Shown: in pieces, positions 55,376-64,000 of the stretch
Layout of the letters: each line of letters opens with the position of its first letter
Numbering within the stretch: the first letter of the stretch is position 1
NCBI GenBank assembly: GCA_964346275.1
Contig: CAYFUR010000003.1
Location: 47,011 to 111,010 of the forward strand
DNA from: an uncultured Candidatus Sumerlaeota bacterium
GTDB lineage: Bacteria > Sumerlaeota > Sumerlaeia > SLMS01
Length of the DNA stretch: 64,000 nt
Direction of reading: 5' to 3'
Position numbers and translations under genes: made by a program
Notes under the pieces: generated by a model
Databases searched by the model: none
Seen by the model: only the letters and a program-made list of their open reading frames with translations
What the model was told of the DNA's origin: nothing

Positions 55376-57159
55376 AACTCTATCGCCCGATTCTCGCCAT
55401 ACTCGCCGCGATCGCGCTGTTCGTTTTCTATCAGTGGGACGTGGAGCGCGTAGAAACCTCCCGCATGGCGGACCTGCAGGGCCAGCGCGTCCTCTTCCAG
55501 GATCCCCTGAAGGCCGTCGCCCTGGAATTCCAGAGCGAGAAAGGCACGGTCCGCCTGGAACGGAATGATCCAACAAGCCGCTGGCAAATCACCGAACCAG
55601 TCGATGCGCCCGCAAACGAATCCATCGTGAATGCTTATCTCGAGAATCTGCGTGGAGCAAAGCGCCAGGCGCGCTTTCCGGCGGAAGACCTCCCCCAGTA
55701 TGGCCTGGATTCCCCCGCCCGGCAGGTGGCTCTCACCACGGAGGCCGGGGACGGCCGGAAAACACAGAACCTGCTCTTTGGCAGCCAGCCCGCCGAATTC
55801 GGCAATGTCTATGCGCTCGTCGAAGGGGAAGAGGAAATCTTTACCGTTTCCGAGTGGCTCTATAACCAGTCCGCCAAAACTGTCCGGGATTTGCGGGACC
55901 GCTCGATCCTCCAGGAAAACATCGCCCGAGCTACCAGCTATACAGTCGAAACGCCTCGCCATCAATTCCGCCTTGAGCGCGAGGGGCAGACATCAACGGA
56001 CTGGCGCCTGGTGCGGGAAAACGCCCCGCCGATCCCCGCGGACCGGACCATCGTCGATCGCCTCCAGTCGACCCTCAGCCAGGGAAGTTTCCTGCAGGTT
56101 ATCGACGACCCGACAACTCCGGTCGCGCAGCTTGGATTTGAGAGGCCGGCGCTTGTCTTCAAGACGAACGAGGAGGAGATCGTATCCCTCGGCAGCCGCG
56201 TGCCGGAAACCGAGCAGTTCTATGCCCAGGCAGCAGGAAGGCTTGGCATCGTCTCCGCCGGGCTGTTTGCCGATTTCTTCCGCCACCCGCTGGAATGGGG
56301 AACAAAGCGTTTCGTCTGGATGGAGCAGGAGAAAATCCAGCAGATCGAGACCCAATCGGGCGACAACCAGATGACCCTGATGAAGCAGGACGACGGCTGG
56401 ATTCTTGTCGAGTCTCCCGGGGTCGAAGTGCGCAAGGACCGGCTTCAGGACTTCATCGATGGCCTGCTTTCCTTTTCCGCCGTGGGGCTCGTGAAGCCGT
56501 ATCTGTCCCCGGATGCGTATATCGATTATGGGATCGTGGACCAGAGCTATCGCGTGAAGGTGACCAACGCTGACGGCAGCAACCAGGGATTCCGGTTTGG
56601 CCGGGGCGACTCTCAACGCGGCGTGATCTATGCCCTGCGCGAACAGGACTCCTCGCTTTGGGAGGTGGACTTTCGTGCGCAAAAGCGCGTCTATAAATTC
56701 CGGTCCGACCTGGAAGAGCGCCGTATGATCCCGAACCTGGCTGAACGGACTCACCGCCTGGAGCTGGAAACAGAGGAAGGCGTGATCAGCCTGGAGCGCA
56801 CGGCCAGCGCCTGGGAATTGAAACTTCCGGAAAAGAGCCCGCTGGTGATTTCATCGCCGCAAGTCCAGGCGATGCTCCGTGCCTTCGAAGGCCTGGAAGT
56901 CCGAAGCGAGCTATACACCCGGGATCAGAAAACCGGCGACCTGGCGTTTCGTCTCTATGAGAAGGATTCCAGCCAGCCCTATCGGACTCTTGAGCTGATC
57001 GCGAAAGAAGAAGACACCGTTCAGTTTCAAACGCAGGGGAAAATCGTGGAGGTTTCCCGCCGGCAATACGAACCGCTGGAACAGATGATCGCCCAGTTGG
57101 TCTTGCTCTCTCGGCAGGAAGGGCCTCCCGCGGCGGGAGAATTCGGCCAGCGGAATTAA
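55372..57159 (+). CDS. DUF4340-like protein (GldG-associated)
   Basis: GTG overlaps the upstream TGA, with AGGAGG immediately upstream. N-terminal TM followed by a large soluble domain. This family typically follows GldG homologs. Confidence 0.45.
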   Translation: MKLYRPILAILAAIALFVFYQWDVERVETSRMADLQGQRVLFQDPLKAVALEFQSEKGTVRLERNDPTSRWQITEPVDAPANESIVNAYLENLRGAKRQARFPAEDLPQYGLDSPARQVALTTEAGDGRKTQNLLFGSQPAEFGNVYALVEGEEEIFTVSEWLYNQSAKTVRDLRDRSILQENIARATSYTVETPRHQFRLEREGQTSTDWRLVRENAPPIPADRTIVDRLQSTLSQGSFLQVIDDPTTPVAQLGFERPALVFKTNEEEIVSLGSRVPETEQFYAQAAGRLGIVSAGLFADFFRHPLEWGTKRFVWMEQEKIQQIETQSGDNQMTLMKQDDGWILVESPGVEVRKDRLQDFIDGLLSFSAVGLVKPYLSPDAYIDYGIVDQSYRVKVTNADGSNQGFRFGRGDSQRGVIYALREQDSSLWEVDFRAQKRVYKFRSDLEERRMIPNLAERTHRLELETEEGVISLERTASAWELKLPEKSPLVISSPQVQAMLRAFEGLEVRSELYTRDQKTGDLAFRLYEKDSSQPYRTLELIAKEEDTVQFQTQGKIVEVSRRQYEPLEQMIAQLVLLSRQEGPPAAGEFGQRN

Positions 57160-57968
57160 TCCGCGGCAAAAACGAGCAGCGAGCCGTCCTTTTTGGTTAC
57201 GCTCAGGTCGCGCAAGAACCGGTAACCGTCATTATGCGTAAAATCCCAAAGCTCCGATGGTTGGCGGGCGTTGCGCTCCAACAAATGGCGAATCAATGCC
57301 CCCTTCAACGCTTTCGAATGATGGCTGATGGTCTTATACTCCGCGACCCCGCTGCGCACCACGCGCTTCACAAATTTCACCTGGTGGCGTGCCTTCAATT
57401 CCCCGGAATTATCCCAGACGCGGCGATGCTGGTCGGGCAAGAGGTCCCAGACGACTTTTCCGCGCACCTCTTGTCGAAGAACTTCGCTCAGTGGACGGCG
57501 CCAGAAAGTCGCCAGCTTGCCGACGGCTCCTCCCAGGTTTGTGCTGATCTTCAGCTTGTAGGGTGGCAAATAATCGGTCGGCCGAACCAGGCCAAAGAGC
57601 CCGCTCATGATCAAGGTATTCTTATCGAAAAGCTTTTTCTCTGCCGGCTTCAGACTGCAATAATCCAGGGCGTCGTACATCACCCCCTGGTACAGGTTGC
57701 GCGCCGGCATTGTCGGGCTTTCAAGCAGGGAGCGATTCGCTTCCAGCGCCGCTGTCAGCGAATCTCCGCTCAGCTCAAAAACTTTTTCCAGGCCAATTCC
57801 GCGTTCGAGAACAGCTTGCAGCTGTTCGAAGAGAATCCCCCGATAGGGATCCAGCTCCTTGAGGGAATTGTACTTTGACTTCTTCCGCGCTGAATCATAG
57901 ATGGGCCCCTTCGAAGGCGGTTTCGCCTTTGTCTCCGAGGGAGGAAGGAGCAGAATCCAGTCACTCAT
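57156..57968 (-). CDS. YaaA-family (UPF0246/DUF328) peroxide-stress protein
   Basis: 'MSDWILLLPPSETK' and 'IMSGLFGLVRPTDYLPPYKLKI' parallel E. coli YaaA 'MLILISPAKTL' and '[21 protein letters not shown]'. Confidence 0.75.
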   Translation of the reverse strand: MSDWILLLPPSETKAKPPSKGPIYDSARKKSKYNSLKELDPYRGILFEQLQAVLERGIGLEKVFELSGDSLTAALEANRSLLESPTMPARNLYQGVMYDALDYCSLKPAEKKLFDKNTLIMSGLFGLVRPTDYLPPYKLKISTNLGGAVGKLATFWRRPLSEVLRQEVRGKVVWDLLPDQHRRVWDNSGELKARHQVKFVKRVVRSGVAEYKTISHHSKALKGALIRHLLERNARQPSELWDFTHNDGYRFLRDLSVTKKDGSLLVFAAD

Positions 57969-58126
57969 GGCAGCAGGACTCCGAGAGCATGGATGCCCGC
58001 CGAAGGTGGGCTACGAACCCCGTCATACTCGGATTTCGTAAAGTAAGAAACCCTAGCTCCGGCGTTTATTGGAGTCAACTGGACGATTCAAACTCTGCGG
58101 GAAGGAAGCCACGGACCACGATTCCG

Positions 58127-59143
58127 ATGAGGCTTTTTGTTTTCCTATTGGTGATTCTCCTCTCTTGCGCCGGCCCCCTGGCAAAGGCCAGAGGGCAACA
58201 GGAGCCGTCCCCGCCGGGGCGCGCCGCCGACCGGATCCTGGCCATCGTGGGGAAGGAAGTCTTCACTGCCCGCGACATGGACAAGTGGATCGTCGAGGCG
58301 CGATTGAGGGACCCGAGGAATCTGGAAATTCCCGACGAGCAACTCCGCCAAGAGATGCTTGCGCGGGCAATCGACGACTTTCTCCTGGCTGGATGGGCCG
58401 AAAGGGAAGTGGAGGAGCCGCCGGAGGAGGCCGTGGAAGCCCAGACGCAGGAAGCAATCGCCCGGCTCGAACAGGCAGCCCAGGGCCAGGGGGAACTCAA
58501 CGACCTCCTTCGAGAGAGCGGCATCGAGCCGCGGGAATTCCGCACGTGGATCAAGGAAAGGGCCAAGCGCTCCATGCTGATCAGCGATGCACTCGCGGCC
58601 TTCGCGGATCTCGGAGGCCGAAACCCCGCGGATACATCGCCGGAAAACGCTGATCGCGTTCGCCTGGCGCATATTTTCATCCAGCCCGGCGCAGGCTCGG
58701 ATGGACGGAAAAAGGCCCTCGAAAAAGCCCTCGCAATTCGGAGAGACCTGGAAAAAGGAATTTCCTTCGTCCGGGCGGCAAGCCTCTATAGCGACGACCG
58801 CTATACAGCGGATCGCGGCGGGTCCCTGGGATGGTTCACCCGCGGGGAAGCGTCCCCGGCGATCTGGCAGGCGGCGACCCGCCTCTCCCCCGGTGAAATC
58901 TCGGCCCCCGTGGAAACAGAAAACGGATTTCATCTCGTCCGCTTGATCGACTATGAAACGCCACAGCAGCGAGAATACCTGCGCCTCATGCAGGAAGAAG
59001 AATGGCGGCGGCTCGCCCAGCTCAGGGAGGAAATCGGAATCCGTCTCGCTCCCGGTTATGAGTTGCAGCCGATCCCTGAAGAATTCCAGAAGCCACAGAA
59101 CGAAGAGAGAAGCGATGGCCCGAGCGATCCAGACGGAATCTGA
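58127..59143 (+). CDS. Periplasmic peptidyl-prolyl cis-trans isomerase (SurA/PpiC-type parvulin)
   Basis: Signal peptide 'MRLFVFLLVILLSCAGPLAKA'. PpiC domain 'RLAHIFIQ...GGSLGWFTRGE...GFHLVRL'. Confidence 0.8.
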   Translation: MRLFVFLLVILLSCAGPLAKARGQQEPSPPGRAADRILAIVGKEVFTARDMDKWIVEARLRDPRNLEIPDEQLRQEMLARAIDDFLLAGWAEREVEEPPEEAVEAQTQEAIARLEQAAQGQGELNDLLRESGIEPREFRTWIKERAKRSMLISDALAAFADLGGRNPADTSPENADRVRLAHIFIQPGAGSDGRKKALEKALAIRRDLEKGISFVRAASLYSDDRYTADRGGSLGWFTRGEASPAIWQAATRLSPGEISAPVETENGFHLVRLIDYETPQQREYLRLMQEEEWRRLAQLREEIGIRLAPGYELQPIPEEFQKPQNEERSDGPSDPDGI

Positions 59144-60521
59144 CAAGGACACGATCGTTGCCCCCGCAACACCGGCCGGTGTGGGCGCCATTGCCATTGT
59201 CCGCCTGACAGGGCCGGAAAGCATGAACGCCTGCTCCCGCGTCTTTTCTCACGATCCCTCCCGCATGGAGCCCGGCCGCCTCGTCCTCGGAACACTGAAG
59301 CACCCCGGGTCCGGCGAGTCACTGGATCAGTGCCTCGCCGTCGCATGGAGGGCTCCCAGCTCCTTCACCGGCGAAGACATGATGGAATTTCACATCCACG
59401 GCTCGCCAGCGATTGTCCAGGCCGCCCTTGATGCATGCCTCTCCGCGGGAGCGCGCCACGCCACGCCGGGGGAATTCACCCGGCGCGCCTATCTCAACGG
59501 CAAGGTGGACCTGGCCCAGGCCGAAGCCGTGTCTGATCTGACACAGTCGCAGACGGAAGACGCCCGCCGCGCCGCACTGTCTCAACTCAGCGGCGGCCTT
59601 TCCCAATTGCTCATGAAAATCCGCGGCGACCTGATCCAGGTCACGGCCGAGTTGGAGGCGAGCGTCGATTATCCCGACGAGGAGATTCCCGACGTTTCCC
59701 GCGAACGCCTGGGCGGGCTGGTCGACCGGTCCCAGCGCCGGATCCAGGAACTGGTCGCCTCCTACGAACGCGGCCGCCGTCTCCACCAGGGTGCTCGAAT
59801 CGTGTTTGCCGGCCCGCCCAACGCGGGAAAATCATCGCTCTTTAACGCCATTCTCCGCCGGGAACGCGCCATCGTCACACCACATCCCGGGACAACGCGG
59901 GATTCCCTCGAGGCGGTCGTGGAATTGCGCGGGATTCCCGTCACGTTGATCGATACCGCCGGATTGCGCCTGGAGGCAGAAGAGATCGAAGCCATCGGCA
60001 TCGAGCGAACCCGCCAGGAAATCGAGTCGGCGGACCTCGTGCTGTTTGTTGTCGATTGTTCCGAACCAACAGCGGAAGCGGAACGCGAGTACGAGGCGAT
60101 CCGTCCTCTGGCGCACCTGCTGGTCTTCAATAAGGCGGACGCCGAACCAGATGAAACAAGACGCCGCGAATTGATCCAGCGATTTTCCGGCAAAGGGCAG
60201 GCGGCGCATCTGTTCGCCAGTGTCAAAGAGCGCCATGGAATCGGCCTTGTGGAGGAGAAGGCCATCGATATTCTGGGCCTTCGCCAGTCGGAAGGGGGGA
60301 GCCCCGCCGTCATCACCAGCGCCCGCCATGAAGCGGCGCTCAAGAAAGCAGCGGATTCGCTCCAGGTTGCCTCGGAGGGGCTCGCCACGGGCCTTTCTCC
60401 TGAATTCATCGTGGTTGATCTCTCGGGAACGCTGTCTGAAATGGATGCCATCCTCGGCCGCCAGGAGCTGGACGAGGAGATCCTCGATGCCGTCTTTTCC
60501 ACCTTCTGCCTTGGGAAATGA
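59115..60521 (+). CDS. mnmE: tRNA modification GTPase MnmE
   Basis: 'DTIVAPATPAGVGAIAIVRLTG', G1 'GPPNAGKSSLFNA', G3 'DTAGLR', 'NKAD' and C-terminal 'CLGK'. Confidence 0.9.
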   Translation: MARAIQTESDKDTIVAPATPAGVGAIAIVRLTGPESMNACSRVFSHDPSRMEPGRLVLGTLKHPGSGESLDQCLAVAWRAPSSFTGEDMMEFHIHGSPAIVQAALDACLSAGARHATPGEFTRRAYLNGKVDLAQAEAVSDLTQSQTEDARRAALSQLSGGLSQLLMKIRGDLIQVTAELEASVDYPDEEIPDVSRERLGGLVDRSQRRIQELVASYERGRRLHQGARIVFAGPPNAGKSSLFNAILRRERAIVTPHPGTTRDSLEAVVELRGIPVTLIDTAGLRLEAEEIEAIGIERTRQEIESADLVLFVVDCSEPTAEAEREYEAIRPLAHLLVFNKADAEPDETRRRELIQRFSGKGQAAHLFASVKERHGIGLVEEKAIDILGLRQSEGGSPAVITSARHEAALKKAADSLQVASEGLATGLSPEFIVVDLSGTLSEMDAILGRQELDEEILDAVFSTFCLGK

Positions 60522-62311
60522 CTCGTGGGAACCGCGACAGGGAGGGCCGCTTGCCAGTAAAACGAATCGTTGTCTATACGGTGGGGTTTGCGGCCATCGC
60601 CAGCATTTGTCTCTATGGCTTCCTGGCGGGCGGCCGCACGCGTGACTTTATCGACACCTTTGGCGCTGGCGGCGGCGAGAGCGGACTCTATACATCGAGA
60701 TTCGAAGGCTGGAGCCATCCATCAACCCCGATCCTGGATCCCGGCGCGCGCGGCGAAATCGTCTATGACTTCACCAAGGACACGGACGAAACGGTCCGGA
60801 TTCTCATCGAAGTTCCGGAAATTGACGGGCTCGCGGTTCTCAGCCATGTGTTCTGGAATGACCAGCGAAAAGAGCTTCCTCTGCGCAAGGGCGAGAATGC
60901 GTTCAACCTGAATTCTTTTCTTGGAGACGGCCACGGCGCATACCGTCTCCGGATTCAGGCCTATGCGGACCCCATTGAAATCGATGAGACAGTCACACCG
61001 GTCGAGCGCCTGGAAGTCATCACCACCGGACCGCGCGAAATGCATTGGGGAGCAGCCGCGTTTTTCATACTGGCCGCGGCGGGCATCTGGCTTCTCATCC
61101 CCTGGTCTCTCTTTCGAAGGCGCGAGGAAATGCCCTGGCGGGAAACGGGCAAAAGCCGCCAGGGAATCTTCGTTACGATTCTCATCGTCGCCGGAGCGGC
61201 GATCATCGTAACCGCCCCGGCGTGGCTCGCCCCGAAGCGTTTCGACGACATGCGGGCAATCAGCAATGCTTCTGTCCTGGCCGAACTGGGCGCCGACACG
61301 TCACGACTCTATTTCCGCTCGCCCCAGCGCCCCGGCTTTCTCGGGTTCGCCCTGCCCGTCGTTTCGATCTTTCCCAACAAGCTGACCATCGTCCAGACAA
61401 CTCCATCGGACTTTTATCGCCAGGTCTGGCGCGAGTACGACCGGAGGGGCTGGTCCTTCGGCACGCGAATCTTTCCCGAAATCAGCCTGATCAGTTGTGG
61501 CGGCGCGCTGCTCTGGCTGGCGCTGCTGTCGGCGCTCCTTCGCCAGGCGGGCTTCTCGCCCCTTGCCGCGGCGGGGGGAGCCGTCGTGGCCGCATTGATC
61601 TACCGATGGGCGCTTTACAACGCGGTCACGATCACTTTCAACCTGTTGATCAACCTGGCCGCCGTCGCAGGCTATCTCCTCTGGGTTCGCTCTGGCCGCA
61701 TGCTCGATGCGCTTTGGTCGGGGCTGCTTTTGTCCCTGGCGGGACTGACAAAAACGACGGCGATCACCAGCGCCTTTCCCATAGCTATCCATCTGATCCT
61801 GCTCCTGGCGAGTTCACCGGAAAGGCGCCGCCGGCTCCTCCCGCAAATCGGCGTCTATACATTCGCCGCGGTTCTTCCCGTTCTCTTCTATTATCAGGTC
61901 TTTCTCGATGGTTTATTTGCAACGCTTCGCCAGTTCCAGGTGGACCAGAAGAACCTCCTTCCCATCCACGAGGAATTCCCCCGGCGCTCCCCCGCCGCTT
62001 TTTTCTCCGGACTTGCGGGACTTGCGGGCCCATTCTGGACATTGCCCGTTGCGGGCGTCCTGGTCCTGCTGAACCGGAAAAGTTCCTCGCCCGGACGCAC
62101 GGAGACGTTTCCCCATCGCCAGGCCTTCTTCGCGAGTTGGCTGGCGTCTTCTCTCCTGGCGCCCCTCGCCATGCCCTTTATCTTTTCGCGGTTTTTTGTC
62201 TATGCAATTCCGAGCCTGGCGTATTACAGCGCTTTCGCCCTCGAGCCCATTGCCGGGAGGCTGAAGCGAAAAGCGGCCGATCAGGAATGTAAGCGGGAGG
62301 AAACCTCCTAA
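60518..62311 (+). CDS. Hypothetical polytopic membrane protein with N-terminal periplasmic domain, distantly GT-C/ArnT-like
   Basis: ATG overlaps the mnmE stop (ATGA). One N-terminal TM, a ~150-aa soluble domain, then ~10 TM helices including an 'SLAGLTKTTAITSAFP' segment reminiscent of the ArnT 'LTKGP' region. Confidence 0.3.
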   Translation: MTRGNRDREGRLPVKRIVVYTVGFAAIASICLYGFLAGGRTRDFIDTFGAGGGESGLYTSRFEGWSHPSTPILDPGARGEIVYDFTKDTDETVRILIEVPEIDGLAVLSHVFWNDQRKELPLRKGENAFNLNSFLGDGHGAYRLRIQAYADPIEIDETVTPVERLEVITTGPREMHWGAAAFFILAAAGIWLLIPWSLFRRREEMPWRETGKSRQGIFVTILIVAGAAIIVTAPAWLAPKRFDDMRAISNASVLAELGADTSRLYFRSPQRPGFLGFALPVVSIFPNKLTIVQTTPSDFYRQVWREYDRRGWSFGTRIFPEISLISCGGALLWLALLSALLRQAGFSPLAAAGGAVVAALIYRWALYNAVTITFNLLINLAAVAGYLLWVRSGRMLDALWSGLLLSLAGLTKTTAITSAFPIAIHLILLLASSPERRRRLLPQIGVYTFAAVLPVLFYYQVFLDGLFATLRQFQVDQKNLLPIHEEFPRRSPAAFFSGLAGLAGPFWTLPVAGVLVLLNRKSSSPGRTETFPHRQAFFASWLASSLLAPLAMPFIFSRFFVYAIPSLAYYSAFALEPIAGRLKRKAADQECKREETS

Positions 62312-62724
62312 GCGGATTCCTTTTTCTTCTCCCGGCTCATGCGCCGGCGGCGTGTCGGCTCCAATCCTTCCAGAGCGCGCATGCCATCGCAAAACTCGAC
62401 GGCATCGCGGGGGCGCCACAGAAACGGAAACCCGGCACACTGTGAGGGCTTTGCCGCGTGAATCCGGCAGAGGGGAAGCCCCTTGTCATCTTCATCGAGA
62501 AATATACAGGACTGTTCCGCATCTTCCTGGTCTTTTAGCTGAATCGTATCGCCCTTGCGAAAACAATATTCCTGGATGAACTGGTCTTCTGAGATTCCCA
62601 GGTGGTTAGCGGCCCTTGCGAGATCCGATTCGGTCAACTCGACGTAGCCGTCCCCCCGGCAGCAATTTCCGCAGCGGTGGCAGACGAATTCTTTTTTGTA
62701 GGGCCATCCGGGGCGCCGGGCCAT
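62308..62724 (-). CDS. YkgJ-family (UPF0153) Cys-cluster Fe-S/Zn-binding protein
   Basis: ATG at 62724 with GAGGTG upstream. 'CHRCGNCC' CxxCxxCC motif plus downstream Cys residues. Confidence 0.6.
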   Translation of the reverse strand: MARRPGWPYKKEFVCHRCGNCCRGDGYVELTESDLARAANHLGISEDQFIQEYCFRKGDTIQLKDQEDAEQSCIFLDEDDKGLPLCRIHAAKPSQCAGFPFLWRPRDAVEFCDGMRALEGLEPTRRRRMSREKKKESA

Positions 62725-62857
62725 GATTTCACCTCGTGGACGAATTGAGCGGTTTCCTTTTCCGCTTCCCAAGGAAAAAGGCGTCAGACAGACAGACAGA
62801 GGCCGCCAGTGAATAACCGGCGGCCTGGGATTCTTGTTCACCATGTTAAACGATCTT

Positions 62858-64000
<1,143 letters not shown>

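Overview
High-GC (roughly 60-65%) bacterial chromosomal window, Gram-negative. It may come from the PVC superphylum (it carries a GspG-type pseudopilin, GldG-like ABC system genes and many GT-C-fold membrane glycosyltransferases), but that is a low-confidence guess. Coding density is high. Many starts are GTG or TTG, and many adjacent genes overlap by 4 nt (ATGA/GTGA), which indicates translational coupling.

Main content:

1. About 504-21167, plus strand: a ~20.7 kb run of 19 co-directional, mostly translationally coupled surface-glycan genes. It contains Wzm/Wzt ABC exporter genes, two small SAM methyltransferase-like genes, about 12 glycosyltransferases (GT2, GT1/GT4, CgeB-like, GT-C-like), a CE4 deacetylase, a hexapeptide acetyltransferase, a Wzy-like membrane protein and a WbaP-type initiating phosphoglycosyl transferase.
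   - On the opposite strand, convergent with this run, are a Wzc-type tyrosine autokinase co-polymerase and an ArnC/GtrB-like polyprenyl-phosphate glycosyltransferase.

2. 27183-35515: an NtrC-family sigma-54 enhancer-binding protein with a 24-nt poly-C tract inside the coding sequence (Pro8 linker before the HTH).
   - It is followed by an NAD-dependent epimerase, an ArnT-like GT-C, an antisense PAP2 phosphatase, a second ArnT-like GT-C and an LptF/G-type permease. This looks like a candidate envelope or lipid A remodeling module.

3. Housekeeping and miscellaneous genes:
   - secreted calcineurin-like phosphoesterase, CDF transporter, AttH/CrtC-like protein, modAB, a large hybrid histidine kinase
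   - an operon of acyl-CoA desaturase, NTF2-like protein, DUF1365 and DUF2878
   - miaB, an Nfu_N-domain protein, gspG, a purine nucleoside phosphorylase
   - a GldA/F/G-like ABC system plus DUF4340
   - YaaA-like protein, SurA/PpiC isomerase, mnmE (translationally coupled to an odd GT-C-like membrane protein), a YkgJ-like Cys-cluster protein, atpC and the 3' end of atpD.

I found no CRISPR array, transposase, integrase or phage genes.

The two items I would look at first are the poly-C tract inside the regulator and the regulator/epimerase/ArnT/PAP2/ArnT module it sits in front of. Every functional call here is by eye from motifs; no database search was run.
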